NCBI RefSeq assembly: GCF_033153115.1
Contig: NW_026889782.1
Span: 20,026,001-20,090,000, forward strand
From: Saccostrea echinata
Taxonomy: Eukaryota
Direction of reading: 5' to 3'
DNA length: 64,000 bases
Shown here: positions 54,794 to 64,000 of the stretch, in pieces
How positions within the stretch are numbered: the first letter of the stretch is position 1
Layout: each line of letters begins with the position of its first letter
The notes under the pieces: model-generated
Databases searched by the model: none
The model's input: only the letters and a program-made list of their open reading frames with translations
Told to the model about the DNA's origin: nothing
Position numbers and translations under genes: made by a program

Positions 54794-56292
54794 CTACAAA
54801 CAAAGTAATATATATGTATAAACTCATAACTGATTATGTAAAAAAAAAATACCCACAAGATTCAATTCAAAAAATGCTTGTACAAAAAGATTTAAAACCA
54901 AAGGATATGTGTAGAGAAATATTGTTATAAACTTACCCTTCCAAACAGGTGGCAGGTAAGCATTTCTGGTAGATTCTTGTAAATCTCTCCATAGACCTTT
55001 CTCGAACTCAAACGTCATTTTCTATAAAATATTTGTCATAGATTCTATTTTTCATACCTGTCATAATGTGTTTCCTTTTTTCAGAAATCCACGTAAATAA
55101 CAATATGCAATGCATGCTCGCATATATTGCAATTTGTGATTTAGACTACCTCCCCCTTCATTCTATTGCCGTAAAATATCGGTAAATTAATATCCCCTGA
55201 GGAAATTTAGCAATTATATTGAAACTCACAAACCGCTATTAGCCACATTTTTGTTAATCAAATATTACCGAGATACATAAAGTTTTCATTTGAATAAAGC
55301 TTTTTCGGTAAATTAAAAGTCAGACCTGTTCTTCGACAAAATGCCGTGAATTTTACATGATTATTCATCAGATATATGCAAATTTCAAAGAATTGTTGCA
55401 TACTCAGCTATGTTAAGGAAGGAAATGAAATATGCGATCTTTGTACATTCTTAATACGTATTATTTTTAAAAACCTTTGCACAAAGTACTTGTAAATACG
55501 TAGGAAATGTAATATTGATATCCATAATGGACAGGTTTGTGGCTTACTCAGTACCAGTTACATCGCATGTATCAGCTCTGTGTCACGTGACTTGTATAAA
55601 ATAGAATTGTTCAGCTGAATGTAGAAAATGAGGTAGTGCAAGGGCATACCCATGTTTTTGGAGAAAAAGATGATACATATTAAAACAGATTTACATCGGC
55701 TTCCTGAAAAGTGCTGGGAGCTAAAAATCTTGTGTCATAAATGACGTCACTAGCCTTGACTTGACGCACACAAGTGATCCAGAGGAGTGGATCCATTGGT
55801 TTAATAATTACAAAAATGCTTAAATAAATATAAAACCAACGCCGATGTTTAAATCAAATCAATAAAATTAAAAGGAAATAATTTATTTAAAATAATAATA
55901 ATGTAGATTATCAATTTATCTAGGTGCTATAGAGCTGCACATAGAGAGAGAATGTAAAGAATATCGCTTACACCGTAAGTGAATATCTGATTAACCTCAA
56001 AAGTGCAGGGGCATAGATTAGATTGTTTGAGCTGAATATGGAATAGCAATTGCTTATCTAATAACTCGGCAGTATTGTTATCAAGTGTTGTGATTTTACA
56101 TGCTTTTATAAATAATTGATAAAATAAATGAATGCAAGTTGTTATTTACGCATTATCATGTGGTTAAATAGATTTTCGTCGCTTGTTAAATTTTTAATGA
56201 CGTCACAGTGAAACTTCCCATACGGTGCATCACAGATATGAACTCATATCATTAATGTCGCCCATATTATTGACGTCTCTATATGAATGTTT

Positions 56293-56508
56293 TTGTTTTG
56301 TTTGTTTATTGTTTAACGTTCCTCTCGAGAATTTTTCATCCTATGGAGACGCCACCAATTGCCAGTGGAGAGCTACAAATTTTGACCTATACTCGGCACT
56401 TAGGGCCATTGAGCAGTGAGGGATCTTTTTTGTGCTAGCACCTACTGCGACAGGGGACCTCAGTTTATACGGTCTCATCCGAAGGACCGGTCTCCATGTC
56501 CCACAGTG
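56293..56508 (-). mobile_element. tRNA-derived SINE, 5'-truncated
   Basis: Same core and tail as 46533-46812. Confidence 0.8.
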
Positions 56509-57392
56509 AAAAAATCTTGAATGTACCGTTAAACCATAATGTTTTTGTATTTTGTTAGATAAAAGACATCTATATATATCTACATGTAAGTTGCAATTCT
56601 TTCTTTTATCATAAATACTATCTGTTACTTACTTTTTCAAAAATGTGTTCAATGGAGTGGTGATCGAAAAAGTCTTTGATTGTGTCCTTTGGAATTTTCC
56701 ATTTCCCTGTTTTAAGAAGGTACATGCACAGGGCATTGGGGTATATATCCTATGTATATGAATAATATTGAGGTAAATATGTGGTTTTTCATATCTTTTA
56801 CATATGAAGTAAATTTAAAGTTTATCTCAAAATTAAACATCATACCTTAACTTTGATTTTTGCAAAATATGATAAAACTGAACAAATATTTTTTTTTTTT
56901 TAAAATGGAAATTTTGGAGAAGAGAAAAACGTATACATAAACATGTCTAGAAAAAGATGTCAATAAGAATATATCATTCTGACCAAAACTAGATTTGAAA
57001 GTATCCAATTGATAGCGCAGTGATTTATTATTATCATACTAAAAAAAAAACTGCAAAATACCTTAAATTTCTTTGGAGTTCTTTCTACCATGCACACTAA
57101 AAGGAAAACGTGCATAAATCAATACACGGGATTTTGCAGATCAAAATAAAATAACTAAATTTAGTTTTAAATCAGAATCGAATTGATATAAACCTATAAA
57201 GAATATCATGCTCCAATATTTAGTCATTTAAATAAGATCTATATAATGGCTCTATACGTTGAATAAAATGTCTAAGAAATGCAAAATTGAGACATGTCAA
57301 TCGAGACTATGATTTGTGTTATTTTTTTTTTCATAGGAAGTGAATTATCTAAGACTAGAAACAAAGGAAGTGATTCCTTTTGAAGGGAAAAA

Positions 57393-57521
57393 NNNNNNNN
57401 NNNNNNNNNNNNNNNNNNNNNNNNNNNNNNNNNNNNNNNNNNNNNNNNNNNNNNNNNNNNNNNNNNNNNNNNNNNNNNNNNNNNNNNNNNNNNNNNNNNN
57501 NNNNNNNNNNNNNNNNNNNNN
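57393..57521. other. Assembly gap
   Basis: Run of N. Confidence 1.
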
Positions 57522-59324
57522 ATATTAATCAATATTCGAAAAAAAAAAAACAACAACAACATTAAAGTAGATTTCATTATTCTTTAGGCCATTTTCTTAC
57601 TGGCTAGTCCGTATTTGATAATCTTTTTAGGAATACTAACCAGCTATTACCATACAGCATATTATTGCATCGAATTCTCGAATGTCATGCTGAATATCCT
57701 CTGTAGATTGAATTTCAGCCTCGTCGTCTCTGAGTTTATCTCGTCTATTGTAAAACAGGCGTGCTTCAATTTCCCTTTTTAACTGCCAAGGAATCTTGGC
57801 ATCAAATAAATAATCCATTGCTAATAAAGGCGGGGTACGTTCATCTTCGAAAGTTTGATTTTGTATAAGTCAATCAGGGTTACGGTTGCATCCTTGCTAG
57901 ATTTCTTCAGAAGAAAAGAAAGGACAAAATTGGATTATAAAATTGATATTGTAATGAAGTACAGTGAAACGGATCTAACCTGGACAGCACACAAGTAGCA
58001 AAGGGCGGGTGTGACCGGTCTACAAAGGATGCACTCCTCCATGGCACCTGATCTCACCTCTGATGTTTTTTAGAGGTCCGTGTTTGCTCTGCTCCATTGT
58101 TTAATGGACTTTTGAGATTGATTACTCTTCGTTATCTTCATATTTCATTACACAATACTTAAATCAATTGAATTTACTGAAAGGGACGAAAAGTTAAGAT
58201 CGTATTAAACAAGCTTTCGGAATACACAACATACAGATTAAACAAGTTTTACTGTACAAAATATTTTTGAAATAAGCCATATTTAAATAATTAATCATAC
58301 AAAACTTAATCAAGTGATAAAAAATCAAAGTAGAATAGGTTCTATATTCTATAATACTGTTATTAGTTACAAGTGAACTATCAGTCTTATTTTGAATATC
58401 ATAGTAAATGCTGAATGAACCATTTATATTTTTTTTTACCTTTATGGACACAATAGGGATTGATCCGACAACTGCATTTGCAATAATTTGTTCCTTGAAG
58501 CCGCCATTTCCAATGGATATAATAACAGGCAGTAATCTATGTCCACAGTGGGCTGGTTTATATAATTTTAAGCTTAAATAAGTTCTGTTATTTTATTGGT
58601 TTGTTCATTCGATGATTTTGTGTTAAAAAAATATTTTCTGAATGTGAAAAGACATGATATGTCACAAAGTTATTTTAAACTTTACAAATACCTTCGATCA
58701 TGCGTTGGAAATATTCAATTTCAGTCTCTTTGCCTCTCGAATCACCTCTTTCAAACGCATATTCACCCATTCTTATTAATATCTAGACAAAGGTATTAGC
58801 TTTCTCATTATCATTTCTGGATCACAATAGTACATGTAATTATATCCTTTCTTTGATGTACCTTTGTACATATGTTTTTCAATTGAATCATTGAATAGAT
58901 TTCTATAGATCATAATCCTACTTGTATAGTTTCTTTGGACGTCTTCTGATGAATGATCACTTTATCCCGATAGAACAACGTTCTCTCAGCGATGTCCAAA
59001 CATGGCAGTCTTGTTTTCTCTGAATATATAGTAAGAAGTACTTCATGAAGGAACGGTTCATCAATATTAAATTTTATCTTCTGTTTCGATTCTTTGTTGT
59101 TGTTGTTTTGGCTATTTCATGCATTTTTTTCATTCAGAATCATTTTACATTCCTGAAATACGTTTAATATTGTTAAGAAGCCAGCTTCTCTTCTCCAACC
59201 GGTCCGTCTTGTGTCCTCTTTGTTTTCTTTTCGATTCTTTATCAGGGTTACTTGCAAACAGAAGATAAAGCGTGGCTTTTTCTTCTTTAAGTTGAACTTT
59301 ATTCCCATCATCGAACCAAAGATG

Positions 59325-59643
59325 AATAGAAATCTATCATAGAATGATATACATAAGTTGTATCAATGGAAATCTAACATAGAATGATATAAATATATTG
59401 AATCAATATAAAATTATCATAGAATGAGATAAATATATTGTATCAGTGGAAATCTAACATAGAATATGATAAATGTATTGTATCAATTGAAATCTAACAT
59501 AGAATGAGATAGGTGTATTGTATCAATGGAAATTTAGCATTGGATGAGATACATATATTGTATCAATAGAAATCTAACATAGGATTAGATAAATGTATTG
59601 TATCAATAGAAATCTATCATAGTATGAGATAAATATATTGTAT
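59325..59643. repeat. 40-bp minisatellite, ~8 copies, built on a splice acceptor
   Basis: Unit AATAGAAATCTAACATAGAATGAGATAAATATATTGTATC. Confidence 0.9.
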
Positions 59644-60642
59644 TTGTACATCGTACTGCAAACAATGTCCAAGTACAACATACCATTTTTTTTTTACAAA
59701 TAGCTTCTATCATTGTAAAATTACCATCATAATTTTTTCAAGTCAATATATTCCTGAACAGAAACACCCTAAATTAGATCTCCAAAATATTTGAAAACCA
59801 TAATAAAAATGAAGTTCAATGTTTTTAGAAATATACAACAATAAATATGCACATGTGTCTAGAGTGAAAATTACTATCATAATTCTAGGATTGAGGGGAA
59901 TGTTTTAACTTGTTGATACAAAATTAACTAGTAGCATAATTTTTGTCAATTGAATATAACATTGGTAATCAAAACATTTTGATTAAAAAAAAGTTAAGTT
60001 TTGCCAGGATTTTTGCTTCAATTTTAGATGCTTTTAATGCCATCTATGCAAGGTCCTACGATCAGCCATTTTTAAAAACAATATAATAAATTCTGACTAC
60101 AACTGTCTACGCTAAAAGTTTTAAAGAAATACAACTACAGAAGAAACAAGTTGGTATCTCTTGGCAATGACAAATCTTGACTGGAAATATACAATCTACC
60201 AAGTAGCACTTTTTAGCTTGAAATAAAAAAAAAATTGTTTCCTAATCCAAGTTTCAACCAATATTTCTAACCATATAGAATAAGAACTTTTATGTTAAGG
60301 GTTACTCAGTGGTAAAAGTAATTTCAAAATCATCACCGTTCAACAACCATCAAATGATTAGAGTTGCCGGCAATCAAACAGTATGTATATATAGAATATA
60401 TAGCTTTTATACATATACAATTAGATATTATACAACAGTAGCATTCGAAGAAAGGTACATTTATGAAAGGGTTTTACTTCCTCTTCGACGTTTCCTGCTC
60501 ACAGACCAGATGAATTTATCCCTTACAAGGTCTTCAGTTTGGTTTCTGTATTTCTTTTTCTCTTGAGATATGATTTGTTTTGAAATGCGACCTTTACAAA
60601 ATATTCAGGCTAAGGAGGAATGCTACTCTGAATTTCATTTAA

Positions 60643-60950
60643 GGTCTGACGACATGTTGTTAAAATGTCTGTTTTGTATATCTTCGTAATATACAACAAA
60701 TTGATTATTATTATCATTGTCTTGTGATTTTTAAACTGTTTTTAAATTGTCTAAGTAGATAAAACACCAAAAAATTGTGATATTGGCAATGCTAGTGATT
60801 TCCAATAGGATTATGTAGTAAAAAGCATCCTCTGATATCTTGCACAAATGTCTGTACTTTAATTTTTGTGAGGAAAAATGTTAAAAAAGCAATACTATAT
60901 GACAAATTCTTGGGACAAATTATATATTATTAAGAACGTGTCGTCTGACC
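60643..60950. mobile_element. Kolobok-type MITE, copy 2
   Basis: Same TIRs, TTAA flanks and interior as 44028-44344. Confidence 0.8.
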
Positions 60951-61734
60951 TTAACAACTCTTTAAAACATCTCTTATGAGGTATGTTTTTAACACTGAAA
61001 GACCAAAACAAACATTGGATTTTTTAAAGATGAATATTTAGTTATAATTTTGCCAGAGAAAATGATAAAATATGTATGTATTGCAGAAAGGAGGCTTAAT
61101 ACTTTAAAAGTTGCCATTTAAATGCATTAAATATCAATATCTAATAAAACATGTCATGAAAGGTCAGAAAGAAAAAAAAATTTAAAAATATTGATGAAGT
61201 TAAAAAAAGTAATATTTTACAAATTTACGGATAGAATCCTAAAAGTCAATTTACAAATTACATAATAGAGCAAATATCATACAAATGTATTTATTCCACA
61301 TATTTTAGTGGAATTTAAGAGAAATTTCGATTTTCAAATGTGGACCTATCTGTATCGAAATTAAAATGATCGCAACCAGAAATAAAGAAAATGGAAAATA
61401 GAACAATCACACAAGATTAATAGGTTGCTTGAATATTATAATTAACGTTTACCTTTGTTTTTCCATCACCCGCCTTGATATATCCATTCATACCTGAAAC
61501 ATAAAAAAATTACGATTTTTAATTCCTTTAATTCTATTCAAAGGTTAAAATTGGCTTAAATAAATGATTTGTTGATTGAAAAAGAGTAAAATTAAAATTC
61601 AAGCACTTATCTGATGTTTTTTTTCTCATATTATTTATTCAATACATAGGTTTTGGTGTTTTTATTCTTTTTTTTTTAATCCTATATTTTATTTTTAAAA
61701 TTTTTGTGTTTTTTCCTTTTCTTTAGGTTCTTTC

Positions 61735-63010
61735 ACGGTAGCTCACTCGGTAGAGCGCTCGCTCCGTGATCGGGAGGTCGTGAGTTCGAATCTCGGCCGC
61801 GACTGACCCAAGTCGATATAAAATGGGTAGCAATTGTTCCTTCGACATGCGCTCGGCACTTTGATGTGAAAGTTGCGGGTCCTTCGGATGAGACCTTAAA
61901 GACTGAGGCCCCTGTCACGGCAAGCGTTGGCACGATAAAGATCCCTCACTGCTTAATGGCCATGAGTGCCGAGTATAGGTCAAAATTTAAGGTATGTCAC
62001 TCGTCAGCCTTTTAGAAAATTTCAGTCAGAACCTCTTACTTAAAAACTATTTATTACAATTCAATCTTTATGACATATTTAAATTAAACAATGTAAAATG
62101 TTCAACATTCAATTAAAAAACTGCTCAAAAATTCACAAAGAAGCAAGATTTATAAGGGACTATTTCTTGTGGCGGAAGGATATTTAGCAGAAAATTCTGC
62201 AAATCTACACATTTATTAAATTTAATATCTTGGAACTTTAGCCTCACATACTTTTACTCAGAGAATATTTTCCGTTATGATATGCCTGGAATATTAAATA
62301 TAGGTCTCAATTTATATTATTATAACAAAATTTACACCTTCGCTCAACAAACATTGCCAAGAAATGAAGATATATTAAGGAAGTCGAGATAAAATTTACA
62401 CAGTTTTTTGCTTGAAAATTGCATATTTTGACCAATATTTCAAAATTTACATCACTGACCCCAACTTTTTCTTTCATTATTTTAAACTACTCGATACTTT
62501 TCACTGATCAGCACTTAAGTCGTAAAAAGTTTGATACAAGAAAATATTCTATTGCCTATTTAGATTTTTAATACCCCAAATATGAAACTTTTTTAGTGCA
62601 AAAAGGTCACACGATAATTTACGCGCATCAATTTGCATGATTTGTTCAATGATAAATATTATTCAAACTATTTTACGTATAATAAGATTATGTTTATTGC
62701 CATGGTTACATCTTATAAAATATGATAACGGTTAAAGTGATTAACCAAAGAGTTACAATTTAAGTGCAAAAAGGTCAACTTAATTGTACTGTAGCTCAGT
62801 TAGATGCACACTGACCCCCCATTTTCTCTGCGATTTTGAGTCATACTATATGAGTACTTATCCAAAATACACTTCTCAAAAAATCCTTGATATAGCAAAT
62901 TTCACGAGTGACATACCTTAAAATCTTTAACCGGTATATGGTGACGTCTCTATATGAGTGAAAAATTCTCGAATGGGACGTTAAACAACATACAATCAAT
63001 CAGTCAATCA
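61735..63010 (+). mobile_element. tRNA-derived SINE split by a TTAA MITE
   Basis: Head and core at 61735-61990 (GGTAGCTCACTCGGTAGAGCG..GAGTTCGAATC); tail resumes at 62922-63010. Confidence 0.85.
61991..62917. mobile_element. Non-autonomous Kolobok-type DNA transposon
   Basis: TIR GGTATGTCACTCGT / ACGAGTGACATACC; TTAA on both sides; removing it restores the SINE. Confidence 0.85.
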
Positions 63011-63588
63011 TCCTTTTCTTTAGTTTTCTTTCTATTTTTGCTATTGTCTTTGGTCATAATATTTTAAGATATCAGTATTTCCGTACTTGCTTGTAAGATA
63101 TATAAAGATTAAAAGGGATTTACGGATCTTTTATAATATATAAAGTAAATTATGTTTAGGACAATGAAAAAATATGTATAAAGGTGTGAATGCGCTTTCC
63201 GTTAAAAGCTACCTTGAATTTTCTACTAGGGAAAATGTTCAAAAAGCAAAAGAATTAAGCTGAAAAAAATTATATATTTTTTGTTTTTTGTTCGTTTTAT
63301 ATGTTTATTTATTTGTTTGGTTTTGATGTTCTTTTACACCTGGAATTTTCAACCAGGGAAAAAGTTTAAGGACAGCAGTTTTAAGTTTTAAAAAAACTAA
63401 TTTTGTGTTCACTCTATAGAATCTTTCTTGGTTTTTTTTCCATTACCGTCTTGTAGTTTCGGAAGATGAGCAGGATAATAACTAAAGGTTGGAAAAATTT
63501 CAAGCACTTGAGATCTGTAATTTTCCATCCGCTGCTGGCGTATGGAGACTCTTTGTCCCATTCCACAGTGACCATATTTCGCCCAGCG

Positions 63589-63829
63589 TTTACTTTGTAG
63601 TTGGTAATTTTGGAAATTGTCCCCGATGTACTCGCTGTAAATGTTATCAAGAGCATCAATTAAAAATATGTGCCTTTTACTTTGTATTTGGTAATTTTTG
63701 TAAATTGTCCCCGATATGAAAATGTTATCAAAAGCATCAATTAAAAAATATGTGCCTTTAACTTTGTAGTTGGTAATTTTGGAAAGTTTTCCCATTGTGT
63801 TTTGTAGATTATATCAAAAGCATCAATTA
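63589..63829. repeat. ~80-87-bp tandem triplication spanning an exon start
   Basis: Three copies of ACTTTGTAGTTGGTAATTTTGGAAA..ATCAAAAGCATCAATTA. Confidence 0.85.
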
Positions 63830-64000
63830 TAAAAGAAAAAGGAATGCATGCCTTATCTTTTCAACGAGCACTTTGAAGATGCTTACCACTTGAACGTCCG
63901 GTTTCGCGGACGTCTGCGCCTTGAAAAAGTCCAAGTGCTTGAATTTTGTTTTTTAAAGCAAGGTATGATCTAGGGTGAGCTAATCTTTCTCTAAAATTAC

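Larger units (their letters stand above)
39735..63990 (-). pseudogene. Gene B: MIB/HERC2-TRPM-like channel paralog, disabled as assembled (2 frameshifts, 1 TGA); 5' end beyond window
   Basis: Exons: 63990-63887, 63634-63447, 61493-61453, 59333-~59162, 59019-58922, 58782-58692, 58552-58440, 57904-57641, [gap], 56706-56633, 55021-54937, 54793-54687, 54244-54141, 53585-53303, 53177-53092, 52982-52934, 52173-52045, 51378-51133, 50506-50332, 49858-49699, 48446-48136, 47773-47692, 47592-47559, 47231-47163, 45785-45761, 44770-44648, 43895-43773, 42406-42284, 41997-41875, 41273-41157, 39895-39735 (stop). Phases chain consistently apart from the lesions. Confidence 0.8.

Noticed and set aside
57062-57096. 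35-nt candidate exon with AG/GT
   Set aside because: Its only open frame ends in phase 0, but the next exon needs phase 1; unresolved next to the gap.
59150-59162. Loss of donor GT>GA in gene B
   Set aside because: An in-phase GT 9 nt upstream exists in both paralogs and may be the real donor.
59325-59643. CRISPR-like periodic array
   Set aside because: Units are contiguous with no unique spacers; eukaryotic minisatellite.
61735-61810. tRNA gene
   Set aside because: Runs directly into the SINE core; it is a SINE head.

Overview
AT-rich, intron-rich animal DNA, most likely a bivalve mollusc (oyster-like, judged from the repeat families). The window holds two head-to-tail paralogous multi-exon genes on the minus strand, rebuilt here exon by exon from GT/AG sites and intron phases. 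Gene A (ATG at 29847, traced to 4748, probably continuing past the window start) encodes two tandem Mind-bomb-type MIB/HERC2-ZZ-MIB/HERC2 (MZM) modules spliced in frame onto a divergent TRPM N-terminal MHR1/2 (SLOG) region. Gene B (enters from beyond 64000, stop at 39735) has the same last MIB/HERC2 and MHR exons. It continues through a full TRPM-like channel (MHR4, S1-S6, pore, TRP helix, coiled coil) and ends in six duplicated symmetric exons encoding a Ser/Arg/acidic repeat. Together they define an MZM-TRPM fusion architecture that I do not recognise from characterised TRP channels. As assembled, gene B has two 1-nt frameshifts and a TGA in the TRP box. Between the genes lie a decayed intronless RING/coiled-coil/NHL (TRIM-like) pseudogene and a CR1-like LINE. 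Introns contain tRNA-derived SINEs, Penelope-like fragments (one with a degenerate hammerhead), a Tx1/L1 fragment and many TIR MITEs, several nested. There is one assembly gap (57393-57521).
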